NCBI GenBank assembly: GCA_963793265.1
Contig: CAWBZI010000006.1
Location: 160,001 to 224,000 of the forward strand
Length of the DNA stretch: 64,000 nt
Source: an uncultured cyanobacterium
Lineage (GTDB): Bacteria; Cyanobacteriota; Cyanobacteriia; Phormidesmidales; Phormidesmidaceae
Reading direction: 5' to 3'
Of the stretch, positions 19,201 through 29,002 are shown in pieces (position 1 is the first letter of the stretch; every line of letters begins with the position of its first letter). A model generated the notes under the pieces. That model searched no databases, was not told the DNA's origin, and saw only the letters and a list, made by a program, of their open reading frames with translations. Both the position numbers and the translations under genes were made by a program.

Positions 19201-21724
19201 CAATGTTAAGGCTACCACCGTCAATATAAATCCCACCGCCTGCGATTTCAGCATCGGCCTCAACCCGCTCACCGTTAGCATCGACTGTTGCATTGTCTAG
19301 CGTCAGCGTGCTTCTATAAGCATAAATCCCACCGCCTACTGCATCAGAAGTGTTGCCAGTAATAGTAGTAGACTCATTAATGTTTGCAGTACTTTCTACA
19401 AAGGAGAGCGCGCCGCCGCCATCACGTGCGCTGTTGTTGGCAAGCTCACTGTCTTCAAACATAACCGTAGCTCCATTCCAGGTATTAACAGCACCCCCGC
19501 TACCCGTTGGCGTCTTATTACCATTGAAGACAGCTCTGGTAAAGGTCGTACTCCCTGATCGGGTAATAGCAACAGCGCCCCCATCGTCACTGGCTGAATT
19601 ATTTTCAAAGCGGCTATCAGTGACCGTCGCAGTAGAGTCAGCTATCAGCAGTGCGCCGCCGTCATCCAGCGTATAGTTATCGGCAAAGACCGTATCTTTG
19701 ATGCTAACCATAGGCGCATCAAATACACTGATTGCACCGCCACCTGCGGCAGAATCGTTGCCGCGAAATTCACTATCGATCACAGTGAGCACACCACCCT
19801 GATGAGTATAAATTGCGCCACCTGTCAACGCTCTGTTGTCTATAAAATGATTGTTGCTAACCGTTAGCGCGCCGCGATTTTCGATGCCGCCGCTGGCGAT
19901 TAAAGGATTAGTCACAGCGGTGGTTAGCGTCAGGTTACTCAAAGCCACCTCGCTTTCGGCAGCAATATTGAAAAGCCGTGTGTTGCTTTTGGCAACAAGC
20001 TGAGTTTCGGCAGGGCTAACGCCTTCTATGTCGACGTTTGTGTTGAGGGCGATCGCATCTGAAAACTCATAGGTGCCTGCGCCTAAGCTCAACAGCCGAC
20101 GACCGCCAGTGTTTCCAATTGCTGCGATCGCATTCTCAATAGAACTCACACCAAACGCTGCCTGCAAATTCACCTGATTTAGTCCAAAGGCCAGATCTCC
20201 AGTGCCCTCAAGATTAATTTGAGATCCGTTAGGATTACGAAAACGTCGCCCTGATAGCGTCAAACCAGCCGCATTACTAATGGTTTTGTCAATATCGCTG
20301 CGTAAGATGATATCGCCAGCACCTAGCTGATTCGTTTCAATATTTACAGTGGTGCCGCCATTTAAGGCAGTTGCGATCGCCCCTGAAGATACCTGACCAG
20401 CGCTGGTAGCCACATCGACAATCTCGGTATTCGCCTGACTCAGCCGCCAACGCCCAATACCTTGTTGACCGCTGGCATCCACCGCCAAATCGAGTGGAAT
20501 GTTTCTACCCAACATCTCAACGAATCCACCCTGCGTAGCGCCTCGGGCCGAAACAGTTCCCTGCAAACCTGCGCTATCAGTCGTACGGATAACAACATCT
20601 CCGCCCGTTCCCGTTTGGCCATCTGCGCGTATATCTGGAGAGCCGCTAAGCAACACAAGCTCGGCGGCTGGTAGGGTGTCTTGAGTTCGTCCGCCGCCGA
20701 TACGAATAGTACCGCCCGACTCACCCGAAGCATCTACACGAGCTGCTATCACATCTACAGAAGAACCTAGCAGCGCAATCGTACCGCCGTCTGTAGTCAG
20801 TGAAGCCGTTGAAACGTCACCTGTAATCGAAACCTCTCTATCATTCAAGCTGACATTGGCCAGCTCAAGAATTCCATCGGGTCGAATGTCAATGCGGCTT
20901 TCGGCCCCCTGTGCGTTCGTAGCCGACCGTCCGGTCAATAAAGTAGGCAAATCCGTCACCGCAAAAGACCCGCCCGACAGCGCTGCTTCATCCACCTCCA
21001 AACTCAGCAAACTGCCCGGCATTCCCAACCGCACCGTACTTTCACCGCCAACGGCAACCAGCCCAACTTCTCCTCCCGACGCGCTCAGCTCGCCTTCACT
21101 CACCACGCTACCGCCTAGCAGCACCAAAGACTCACCCGCCTGTACCGACAGATCTCCTTGGTTCACCACAGCGCTCGGCGTACCACTACCGGTAAATCGA
21201 AAGGTATCCGGGCTAGCCGTCAGCAGACTATAGTCGGTGCTATTGGCCGTCACATCTAACCAGTCGCCATCAAAGCCAACTTGGTCGGCAGTAGCTGCCG
21301 TGAAAGAGCCCGGCAGCAATAGCTGAGCATTTGCCCCAAACAGCACACCCGCAGGATTGATCAAGTAGAGATTAGTATCGCTGCCCTGTACCTGCACGGC
21401 CCCGTCAATATAGCTAGGACGCCCCCCAGATACCTGTCCAACAATGTTTAAAACGCTAGAGTCATTCAGAAAATTAGCCGTTTGGCCATTGTCCAAACTA
21501 AAGTCTTCAAAGCGATGAAAAAGATTATTCCCGGCCTGAGTACCCGCCGAAATGTCAAACTGATTGCCTGAGTCAATAACAACTGTCCCGGTATTGTCTA
21601 AAGCTGATGTCACCTGTCCGTAGGCAGGCGTTGCCCCAGCCACTAGCCATGAAGTTGTCGCACTAGCAGTCGCACCCATAAGCCATACGGCGGGAGGCGT
21701 CCATTGCTGAAGACGTGTTTGCAT
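16217..21724 (-). CDS. Large secreted protein: TPS/filamentous-haemagglutinin N-domain, Pmp-like beta-helix repeats, choice-of-anchor-Q-like segment, C-terminal CHAT protease
   Basis: NLFHRFEDFSL...LINPAGVLFG; many GGAI/GGGI and FxxN repeats; LADNGGSTKTH...DQRG..R....VDIGAVE; CHAT LHLATHA and LILSAC; terminal HPFFWSAFTMVGNPW. Confidence 0.88.
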   Translation of the reverse strand: MQTRLQQWTPPAVWLMGATASATTSWLVAGATPAYGQVTSALDNTGTVVIDSGNQFDISAGTQAGNNLFHRFEDFSLDNGQTANFLNDSSVLNIVGQVSGGRPSYIDGAVQVQGSDTNLYLINPAGVLFGANAQLLLPGSFTAATADQVGFDGDWLDVTANSTDYSLLTASPDTFRFTGSGTPSAVVNQGDLSVQAGESLVLLGGSVVSEGELSASGGEVGLVAVGGESTVRLGMPGSLLSLEVDEAALSGGSFAVTDLPTLLTGRSATNAQGAESRIDIRPDGILELANVSLNDREVSITGDVSTASLTTDGGTIALLGSSVDVIAARVDASGESGGTIRIGGGRTQDTLPAAELVLLSGSPDIRADGQTGTGGDVVIRTTDSAGLQGTVSARGATQGGFVEMLGRNIPLDLAVDASGQQGIGRWRLSQANTEIVDVATSAGQVSSGAIATALNGGTTVNIETNQLGAGDIILRSDIDKTISNAAGLTLSGRRFRNPNGSQINLEGTGDLAFGLNQVNLQAAFGVSSIENAIAAIGNTGGRRLLSLGAGTYEFSDAIALNTNVDIEGVSPAETQLVAKSNTRLFNIAAESEVALSNLTLTTAVTNPLIASGGIENRGALTVSNNHFIDNRALTGGAIYTHQGGVLTVIDSEFRGNDSAAGGGAISVFDAPMVSIKDTVFADNYTLDDGGALLIADSTATVTDSRFENNSASDDGGAVAITRSGSTTFTRAVFNGNKTPTGSGGAVNTWNGATVMFEDSELANNSARDGGGALSFVESTANINESTTITGNTSDAVGGGIYAYRSTLTLDNATVDANGERVEADAEIAGGGIYIDGGSLNIANDSTISNNYVSTKGGGIYSTNDAEINAHNDADTDVLSVSFVGNTSGDQGGAIYTDSTGSVTLVGATFSQNIAESDGGAIAHNTPAMLTIRNTSFVENDTDEEGGAIYTAGNSTTTIENGTFTANEAGENGGAIIARNGAVLTVSDSTFKENSSDFGGGILLAAGASGVLENVVVESNRATDGGGLALFQASATVGGNSIFKSNTSPEDGGGILVQRDSTFSMSDGLVLGNTSGDDGGGIYATQGSTITLDAVEISGNEAADGGGGLYASSGSTVLANNVQVSDNEAAVGGGLQIKNSSLTMTDSAFADNTAVSNGGALYSAGVATVASSLFERSQATNGGAIENVGTIELTNATLSGNRASGEGGAIRSLGEAANLVVRNSTITDNTAGSFGGGIVENSSQSAQLLNTIVAANTSVAAADVSGQFVDQGHNLIGQAEGAAGFTRSLLVGSAANPLNPRLAALADNGGSTKTHLLQTDSAAINAGANESLPAFDQRGTSRVVGAAVDIGAVELDAVELVATEAGAAIVPDALDAIAPNNPPFIIDNQRISELAALTAPSLETALLATAEIDTQAERDDATIQEVERTFGRSFEDYWDLPAGQDLSFREIQAILRRAQDEYQVNSAIIYAMFVPEGDAEENTDILQMTPEQKRDDLLQLLLVMPEGELVRHRLPVTRAESTRQVKLFRSNVSDEEDAFGYRPLAQQLYQWLLAPLEEELAAQGIQNLLYSLDTGLRTAPVTAMRDYHGFSLERYGISMVSTIGLTQTDFVARSRRPTVAMGVAEFDTEQPLPAVPIELDVVKDFVPASQTVLNEGSTRSALENIQTAKQPGILHLATHATFDQHSPESSYIHLWEESLSMSDFSDLDWLGADLELLILSACSTALSSPNAELGFAGLATAAGVDATVGSLWQVSDIGTLALMSEFYIQLESTSLRFEALRRAQLALLNGETRIENGDLLTSRGVIDLPDDWNLPENATLDHPFFWSAFTMVGNPW

Positions 21725-22134
21725 ACCAATCTCTAATGCCTTTAGCGCACAAAATTGTTTTGTACTGTATAACGAACATACCCAAGGACGGAAACCGCAT
21801 TAAATAATGTTTATTCAATAAGTCGGCTCAATTCAGGGAAGTATTGTATTTCTTTCTACTCGCTATAGCGAGCGCTTCAGGGCTAAAGCATCTGCGTGAA
21901 AACAACGGTATTTAGAGAGTTCTGTTCATTCTCATGCTGTCCCTATGTGCTTTCTCGGAAGAAACTATAACTACGCCCATCGTAAGTAGACGATTAAGTG
22001 CAACTGTCCACTATCGTTTGCGAGCGGTCTACCTACAGTGATATGTTCTGTTTTGTTCGTTTCGATACGGCGGCTACTGAGCGCCGTACGCAAGGCAGAA
22101 CAACTGATCCGCAAAAGATAGGCCCTTAGAATTG

Positions 22135-23625
22135 ATGCTTTCGCTACTCTCTTTTTTCGCCCTAGCCAATGCGCTGATAGGGAGCCCTTCAACCGCACTT
22201 TCTCCTGTAAATGTGCAGCTAGGCTTAACCGATAGCGCTCCCTTATTGGCTCAAGCCGAGAACGGCGTGATCACCATTCCTCAAGAAGTTCGTCCGCTGC
22301 CTGGTGGATTGGATGATGTGCCTGTTTTTAACAGCAATAGTCCTGAGATTATTGAGTCTGACGGCATTTTGCTCTCCACCTTTCCTGGTAGAGGCAAGCG
22401 CCATCCTAATGCTCACCTCAACTATGCCTTTGACGGACGATTCGACGTTTTCTCTCATCACGTTGCCCGCGGCCAAGACGACCGCGATACGCGGACGGTG
22501 TACGAGGCCATTATTGTTCACAATCCAGGCGATCGCCCCGTCACCCTCAGGGTTCGCGATGGCGCTTCCTACATTAGTCAGGAGTCGCCGTGGAATGAAA
22601 TTGCTTCGGGCAGCTCTAACCTGTATAGCAACAACTTTTCTGGCCCCGGCAGTCGGGTCATGAACGATGTGCTGCGCGATCGCCGCCAGTCTATCTTCCC
22701 CGATCGCGTCACCATCCCCGCTCGCCAAAGCCACCTATTGCTCAACGCACCGATTCCCTTGCGCCGCCTCAACGTCGCCACTGATGGCTCACTTGCCCCC
22801 GGCAGTGAACTCACCCCGCCCCCGGTTAGCGCTAGCTCCGGCGAAGGCGCGCGGCTTAACGGTCGCTCTACCCTGATGCGGCTCAACAGCGACGGCCCGG
22901 TCTACGTGGCGAGTTTGGCAATGCACGCGCCTCAAAGCAATGGCAAAGAGCTAGTGCCTAACTTAAACGAGTGGAAAAGGCTGCTCGCGCAAGGTCGGCT
23001 TGCAACCCCTAGAGACGCTGCCCCTAGCAGGCCCGGCAGTCGCGACAACCCCTTTCGCTATGGCCGCGTATCGGGTATTGCCAAAGGCTCCCAGTGGCGC
23101 ACCACGCTCACCGACGGCAGCAGCTCTCAGCTTGCCATTCCCGCGCCCGGCGAACATCTCTCTTACGCGCTGAGCACCCTGGAGCGCAATACCTTTGGCA
23201 CAGGCCAAATTCAGAGCGCACCGATTGCCAAACGCTACGGCGACACGGCTCACCGGGCTAATGGCAACTACGGCGTGGAATACAACCTAACTGCGCCACT
23301 CGTGAATAAAACAGATAGCCCTAAAACCGTCGCACTTTCTGTTCAAACGCCGCTACAAAACAACAGCCTCAGCGACGCGCTTCAGTTCAATGCCGCGCCA
23401 GAATCTCGCGTATTTTTTAGAGGCACCGTGTTATTTGTCTATAAAGAAGACAATGGCAGATCTCGGGCTCATTACGCTTATTTAGAACAGAATAGAGGAG
23501 AGCAGGGCGAACCCTTGATAAAGATGACGCTTGCCCCTGGCGAACAGCGAGACGTGAATGTTCAGTTTCTCTATCCGCCCGATGCAACGCCGCCACAGGT
23601 GCTCACGGTGACCACACAGAACTAG
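22135..23625 (+). CDS. DUF3370 family exported cyanobacterial protein
   Basis: VRPLPGGLDDVPVFNSNSPE, GILLSTFP, GNYGVEY and YPPDATPPQVLTV motifs. Confidence 0.85.
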   Translation: MLSLLSFFALANALIGSPSTALSPVNVQLGLTDSAPLLAQAENGVITIPQEVRPLPGGLDDVPVFNSNSPEIIESDGILLSTFPGRGKRHPNAHLNYAFDGRFDVFSHHVARGQDDRDTRTVYEAIIVHNPGDRPVTLRVRDGASYISQESPWNEIASGSSNLYSNNFSGPGSRVMNDVLRDRRQSIFPDRVTIPARQSHLLLNAPIPLRRLNVATDGSLAPGSELTPPPVSASSGEGARLNGRSTLMRLNSDGPVYVASLAMHAPQSNGKELVPNLNEWKRLLAQGRLATPRDAAPSRPGSRDNPFRYGRVSGIAKGSQWRTTLTDGSSSQLAIPAPGEHLSYALSTLERNTFGTGQIQSAPIAKRYGDTAHRANGNYGVEYNLTAPLVNKTDSPKTVALSVQTPLQNNSLSDALQFNAAPESRVFFRGTVLFVYKEDNGRSRAHYAYLEQNRGEQGEPLIKMTLAPGEQRDVNVQFLYPPDATPPQVLTVTTQN

Positions 23626-23720
23626 CGCGCAAGTATAGAAGATCTCACTATCGGTCTATTGAAAGAGCGATAGGTGCTTTTTACTATTTGGGTGTTCTAA
23701 ACGAAGTAGAAAGAAAACCT

Positions 23721-23960
23721 ATGAGTGACTACAAGCCTGTGGACTGTGCGCTGCAAGATAAGCTGGAGGCGATCGCAACCCTCCACCGCACCGCTGACAT
23801 TACCTACCAAACCGACTCAGGCGAAACGGCCAGCGCCGAAAGCAAAATAGTAGACATCTATGCTGACAGCGGCGCTGACTACTGCAAGCTAGAAAATGGC
23901 ACCGTGATTCGGTTGGACAGGTTGCAGGCTATTACCGCAGGCGGCGAAAAGGTTTGGTAG
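23721..23960 (+). CDS. Rof/YaeO-like (Rho-binding antiterminator family) small protein
   Basis: MSDYKPVDCALQDKLE...IVDIY...ADY...IRLDRL matches the Y.P..C...D.LE and RLD.I pattern of E. coli YaeO as I recall it; 79 aa from ATG 23721. Confidence 0.65.
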   Translation: MSDYKPVDCALQDKLEAIATLHRTADITYQTDSGETASAESKIVDIYADSGADYCKLENGTVIRLDRLQAITAGGEKVW

Positions 23961-23967
23961 ATACTCA

Positions 23968-25062
23968 CTAAACCAAATCAGGAAATACCTTTTGCACCGC
24001 CGGATGCACCAGACGGTGATCGCGTACATTTAGCGCGATCGCCAAACCTTTCCCGATCACCGACTCCTGCTTCAGCGCCTCCATCCCCCACTCGGCAAGC
24101 TGAAGCACATAGGGCAAAGTGCTGTTATTAAGCGCCTGAGTTGCAGTCCATGGCACGGCCCCTGGCATGTTGGGCACGCCGTAGTGAACCACACCGAGTT
24201 CTGTATACACAGGGTCGCTATGAGAGGTCACCTTTAGCGTCTCAATACAGCCGCCCTGGTCTACCGCCACATCAACAATCACAGAGCCCTCACGCATTTT
24301 CGCAACCATCTCACGCGTAACCAGCGTCGGAGCCCTACGATTAGGCACCAGCACCGAACCAATCACCAAGTCAGCGTCCACGACAGCCGCCTCGATATTG
24401 GGCGTATTGCTATACAGCAAGCTCACGCGCGAGCCAAAGAGCGTTTCTAAGTAGCTCAGTCTCTCGACGCTAATATCGATCATCGTCACCTGAGCGCCCA
24501 GACCGACCGCCATCTTCGCCGCCTCAGTGCCCACCACGCCGCCGCCAATAATCGCGACCTTCCCGGCGGCTACACCCGGTATTCCACCGAGCAGCACCCC
24601 GCGACCGCCCTGCTGCTTTTCTAAAAAGCGCGCGCCAAACTGCACCGATAGCCGACCGGCAATCACGCTCATCGGCATCAGCAGCGGCAGCGTGCCATTT
24701 TTCTCAACGCTTTCGTAGGCGATCGCACTCACCCCGCCTGCCATCAGCTTCTCAGTCAGCTCTCTTCCCGCCGCCAGGTGCAAATAAGTAAACAATATCT
24801 GCTCAGATTTCATCCTTGAATACTCGGCGGGCAAAGGCTCTTTTACCTTTACCACCATGGCCTGATTCCAGGGCTCCTCAGCACTCGCGGCAATCTTAGC
24901 GCCCGCTGCTACGTAGTCATCATCGCTAAAGCCTGCGCCCGCGCCTGCCTGAGTTTCTACGACAACCGTATGTTTGCGATCGCACAAATCCCTCACACTA
25001 GCCGGGCTTAGTCCCACCCGAAATTCCAGATCCTTAATCTCTTTAGGAACGCCAATATCCAT
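23968..25062 (-). CDS. ald: Alanine dehydrogenase
   Basis: IGVPKEIK..EFRVGLSP, VKVKEP, LFTYLHLA, IIGGGVVG, VDVAVDQGGC and VPNMPGAVP motifs. Confidence 0.95.
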   Translation of the reverse strand: MDIGVPKEIKDLEFRVGLSPASVRDLCDRKHTVVVETQAGAGAGFSDDDYVAAGAKIAASAEEPWNQAMVVKVKEPLPAEYSRMKSEQILFTYLHLAAGRELTEKLMAGGVSAIAYESVEKNGTLPLLMPMSVIAGRLSVQFGARFLEKQQGGRGVLLGGIPGVAAGKVAIIGGGVVGTEAAKMAVGLGAQVTMIDISVERLSYLETLFGSRVSLLYSNTPNIEAAVVDADLVIGSVLVPNRRAPTLVTREMVAKMREGSVIVDVAVDQGGCIETLKVTSHSDPVYTELGVVHYGVPNMPGAVPWTATQALNNSTLPYVLQLAEWGMEALKQESVIGKGLAIALNVRDHRLVHPAVQKVFPDLV

Positions 25063-25231
25063 ACAAAAATAGCCTCAGACTTCAGCGACAGCAGAAACAC
25101 GCTTATCTTAGAACGGTTCTGAGAACGTGAATTGTATCTTCCGAGCCATCTTCAATAGAGAAAATACAGCAAAATCCCCTCCTGGCATCAAAACCAAAAG
25201 GGGATTTATTCAGAAGCCTAATTGCCGAAGC

Positions 25232-25723
25232 TTAGTTGCCGCCTGCAACCAGACCAGCCAGCATTGGCAAATTAGCGGTTAGCAAATACGCGAAAGCTGC
25301 ACCGCCGATGCCGCCAACCAAGAAGCTACCTGCGAACTCACTCCAACCTTCGTCAGTGCTCAGACCTTCGGGTGGCTTATAGGGAAGCGTATTGCGCGAG
25401 ACTTCAGGGCTGACGTTCGCACCGCTGTATAGCGATAGGCAAACGGTCAGAATCAGCACGAGGCCAACTGAGGCCAGTAGACCGGCAATTGCAGGTACGT
25501 CAGAATCTCTTAAGGGGCCAAGTAGCGCAAACGGGCCATAGATCAGATAGCCGTGGGCCATCCCGACTTCGAGTCCGCGACGCTGGGCAGAAAGCCCCTG
25601 GCGATAGGCGGGCAGATTACTCAAAAAAGCTCTTGAAAGGCCCGATGAATTCAACGGGGTTTCAAGGTTGCCGATCTGAGGATCGCCAGCATAGGGTTTT
25701 ACAAATTGCGATGATGAAGGCAT
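25232..25723 (-). CDS. psaL: Photosystem I subunit XI
   Basis: GNLETPLN, NLPAYRQGL and RRGLEVGMAHGY...GPF..LGPLR motifs. Confidence 0.95.
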   Translation of the reverse strand: MPSSSQFVKPYAGDPQIGNLETPLNSSGLSRAFLSNLPAYRQGLSAQRRGLEVGMAHGYLIYGPFALLGPLRDSDVPAIAGLLASVGLVLILTVCLSLYSGANVSPEVSRNTLPYKPPEGLSTDEGWSEFAGSFLVGGIGGAAFAYLLTANLPMLAGLVAGGN

Positions 25724-25838
25724 TTTTTTTTACAAGTTCTCCAAACTTACTCAACACAGTACCCCGTTCTTTTTAGATAGAAATCCTTCAAGAGGGGGTG
25801 ATTTTACAAGCTACACGACCGGGCGCGCTGTACTAGCG

Positions 25839-25964
25839 CTATGGGTGTAGCAGCAGGTCGGGAAAGAACCGATTGAATTCAATTAAAACGCCAGCGAAGA
25901 ATATCGTGACAACGGTCGCGAGTACCGGAGCCGTCGAAAGATATTTTTGCAGATTGCTGCTCAT
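25839..25964 (-). CDS. psaJ: Photosystem I subunit IX
   Basis: Below the ORF-track cutoff. Manual translation [50 protein letters not shown] upstream. Confidence 0.95.
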   Translation of the reverse strand: MSSNLQKYLSTAPVLATVVTIFFAGVLIEFNRFFPDLLLHP

Positions 25965-26060
25965 AACACTCCTCCTTGGAGCTTTGAGGTGAAAGGTGAT
26001 CGTAAACGCCTGCGCCTGTCAGCCCCACAGAAGTTAGCCAACAAGCGCTCAGCAGATTTT

Positions 26061-26561
26061 CTAGCGAGGCGAGACTGTAATCTCTTCTTTGTTTGCAAAC
26101 ATTTCGCCAGTAGTCGCTTCTTTAAATGCCAGCAGAGGCCAGGCAAAGGCACTGAGCGTACACTTAATCGCCAAAGGCACATCGATAATGATCTCTTTTT
26201 CTTCAGGAGACTTATCTTGGCGAACGGCCATTACGTAAGAACGACCCGCCCAGCCAATCCAGCCTGCGATCAGTAAGAAAAGAGCGCTAGGAATTAGGAA
26301 TTCGCCAGCGTGAACCAAGTCACCATCGACAATCAGGTGGGGTAGTCCTTCGGGGCCACACAGAAGGCTGGTGTTGCCGTAGAACTCGAAGCGAGCTTTT
26401 GCTGAATCTGTCGTCGCAGCAGCAGCACGTTTTTGAAAAGCGGCTGACTCGTTGCAAGGTACTAAACCTGCTACATCGTCACCTGCAATACCTGCGGCAG
26501 CCGGAGAGGCAAACCCCAAAGAGATGCAAAGAACTAGAGCCAGAGCAAACAACCGTCTCAT
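26061..26561 (-). CDS. psaF: Photosystem I subunit III
   Basis: Signal peptide, [31 protein letters not shown] and EITVSPR motifs. Confidence 0.95.
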   Translation of the reverse strand: MRRLFALALVLCISLGFASPAAAGIAGDDVAGLVPCNESAAFQKRAAAATTDSAKARFEFYGNTSLLCGPEGLPHLIVDGDLVHAGEFLIPSALFLLIAGWIGWAGRSYVMAVRQDKSPEEKEIIIDVPLAIKCTLSAFAWPLLAFKEATTGEMFANKEEITVSPR

Positions 26562-26850
26562 ATATTGTTTTCCTCTCGTTAATTAAAAGACTAAGCTAAG
26601 AGATAACAGCCGCATCAATGCTCACCTATCGTCAAGTTGTCGCCAAAATAACGGATCAGTGAACCTTTTGATTAAGTTTTGTTCAATCAAAATTCACACA
26701 ACCGCAGCCTAGCTTTGAAGGTAATCATACTCTTCGTTTGGAAACCACGTAAAGAAAGCGGTGACAAGGCTTTACATCCCGACACACTTGTTCTCATCCC
26801 TTCGGTAGATTCCGACTATTCTCTTATAAAAGAATACCAACAAGACAAAA

Positions 26851-27954
26851 ATGAGTCATGCAATCGCACTCCAAAAAACCTCTCCTCATCAGCCCATCTC
26901 TTCACCGACCGTTTTAGCGATAGAAACAAGCTGCGATGAAACAGCCGTCGCCATTGTTCAAGGCCGACAGGTACTCAGCAGCGTGGTGTCTTCCCAAATT
27001 GAGATTCATCGGCAGTATGGCGGCGTGGTGCCAGAGGTGGCTTCAAGGGCGCATGTGGAGTCGGTGGGGGTGGCGATCGCGCAGGCATTAAAAGAAGCAA
27101 ATCTTACCTGGACGGAAGTTGATGCGATCGCCACCACCTGCGCCCCCGGCCTAGTCGGTGCGCTCATGGTCGGCATTACCGCTGCCAAAACGCTGGCGAT
27201 GGTGCACAGCAAACCCTTTCTAGGCGTTCACCATTTAGAAGGTCATATCTACGCCTCTTACCTTAGCGATGACACCCTCAAGCCGCCTTTTCTGTGTCTA
27301 TTAGTATCAGGCGGTCACACCAGCTTCGTACATGTAAAAGCGGCGGGCGACTACGAAATTTTGGGCAAAACCCGCGACGATGCAGCCGGTGAAGCCTTTG
27401 ATAAAGTGGCGCGGCTGTTAGAACTCGGCTATCCAGGCGGGCCGGTGATTGACAAGCTGGCTCAAGCTGGCAATCCCAAAGCGTTTCCACTGCCAGAAGG
27501 AAAAATTTCTATGCCAGGTGGGGGCTTTCATCCTTACGATGCCAGCTTTAGCGGTTTAAAGACGGCGGTGCTGAGACTGACGCAAAAGCTGAAGGTGGAA
27601 GGCGAAGCGACCGGGGAGGATTTGCCTGTTGCGGATATTGCGGCGAGCTTTCAGGCGACTGTGGTCAAGGCTTTAGTGAAAAGGGCGATCGCCTGTGCCA
27701 CAGATTACAACCTGCCGACGATTGCCGTGGGTGGTGGGGTCGCTGCCAATAGCAGGCTTCGAGAGCAGCTTCGGATTGCTGCTAGCGATCGCAACATCAA
27801 CGTCATCTTTCCACCGATGAAATACTGCACAGATAACGCAGCTATGATTGCCTGCGCGGCAGTCGCTCACTTTGAAAAAGGCGACACGTCACCGCTCACG
27901 TTAGGCGGACTCTCCAAGCTGTCCATTACAGAAATAGCCAGTCTATACAAATAG
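26851..27954 (+). CDS. tsaD: tRNA threonylcarbamoyladenosine biosynthesis protein
   Basis: [43 protein letters not shown] and CTDNAAMIA motifs. Confidence 0.95.
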   Translation: MSHAIALQKTSPHQPISSPTVLAIETSCDETAVAIVQGRQVLSSVVSSQIEIHRQYGGVVPEVASRAHVESVGVAIAQALKEANLTWTEVDAIATTCAPGLVGALMVGITAAKTLAMVHSKPFLGVHHLEGHIYASYLSDDTLKPPFLCLLVSGGHTSFVHVKAAGDYEILGKTRDDAAGEAFDKVARLLELGYPGGPVIDKLAQAGNPKAFPLPEGKISMPGGGFHPYDASFSGLKTAVLRLTQKLKVEGEATGEDLPVADIAASFQATVVKALVKRAIACATDYNLPTIAVGGGVAANSRLREQLRIAASDRNINVIFPPMKYCTDNAAMIACAAVAHFEKGDTSPLTLGGLSKLSITEIASLYK

Positions 27955-27996
27955 GTATAAATTTCTACCCTGAGCGTTTGGCTCCGAATTGCAGGC

Positions 27997-28929
27997 TCAA
28001 ACTCTAGCCGGTACAGCCTGTAAAACCGACCTCACAATCTCGGACACAGCCTGCGGCTGCTCCACCATTGCCATATGCCCGCACTCGGGAATTTCAGACA
28101 CCATCTCATCTTCGCGAAAGTGCCGGTGAAAGCTCGCCAAATACCGCACGTAGCGAGGCGGCATAATCGTATCCTCGCTTGCCGTAATAAAGTGAACCGG
28201 CTGCTTCAGCTCACCCATAATCTGCGGTAGCTGATGCACCTCCTCACAGGTCGTCGATTCCAACAGCGCCCCTTCTGCCGCCGCTCTATCGGCCCGTACA
28301 AAATCCTTAATCCGCTGCTGCCCCCACTCAAGCGCCAGCGTTTTATGCACCATCGCCCGGCAAAACACCCTCGGCAATAGCGGCATCTCAGCCAGCCAGG
28401 GGGGTCGAAACTTCACCATCTGCTGCCCCGCCGCCCGAAACTTTTCAAATTCCTTAGGAATATAGATGCCACCGCCCGCATTCAGACAAATCACACCTTT
28501 CACCCGCTCCGGCAGCAAATAGGCTGCCCACAAAGCCACGCTGCCACCTAGCGAATGGCCCATTAGCCAAACGCGGTCGAGCCCGAGCTTATCGAGCAGT
28601 TCGCCTAAGTCTTGAGCGTAAGCCGCCAGGCTGTAGAGAGAAGGCGTCAAAGACGAGCCGGTCGGAAGCTGAATGGAGCGCTGCGCCTGCATATCCAAGG
28701 AATTTGGCCCCTGCACAGAGTCGCCAAATCCCCGCATGTCGTACGTGAGGCAGCGGTAGTGATTAGAAAGCTGTGCTACTAGCGGTTGCCAGTAAGCCCG
28801 GCTCAACAGCCATCCATGTAGAAAAACTAACGTCTCTTTGGACTGGTCAATTGGCGCTGCTGAAGGCAGCATCGCCGGAGAAGCTAAGTCGTAAGCGTGG
28901 GGAGAACCCAGAATGTCAACGATAGGCAT
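27997..28929 (-). CDS. Alpha/beta hydrolase
   Basis: FLHGW, YDMRGFG, GHSLGG nucleophile elbow and CGHMAMVE motifs. Confidence 0.85.
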   Translation of the reverse strand: MPIVDILGSPHAYDLASPAMLPSAAPIDQSKETLVFLHGWLLSRAYWQPLVAQLSNHYRCLTYDMRGFGDSVQGPNSLDMQAQRSIQLPTGSSLTPSLYSLAAYAQDLGELLDKLGLDRVWLMGHSLGGSVALWAAYLLPERVKGVICLNAGGGIYIPKEFEKFRAAGQQMVKFRPPWLAEMPLLPRVFCRAMVHKTLALEWGQQRIKDFVRADRAAAEGALLESTTCEEVHQLPQIMGELKQPVHFITASEDTIMPPRYVRYLASFHRHFREDEMVSEIPECGHMAMVEQPQAVSEIVRSVLQAVPARV

Positions 28930-29002
28930 ATCTCTATGCTATCGCTAAGTGTTAAGCGGGGATCGCTAAATGTTTGGCCTAATGTTTAGACTCAATTCTG
29001 GG

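Noticed and set aside
17136..21233. Many plus-strand ORFs with PPP/SS motifs
   Set aside because: Antisense read-out of the GG-rich repeats in the CHAT adhesin gene.
26551..26558. 8-nt match (AACCGTCT) between the predicted TnpB guide and the psaF start region
   Set aside because: Too short, no candidate TAM beside it, and expected by chance in 64 kb.
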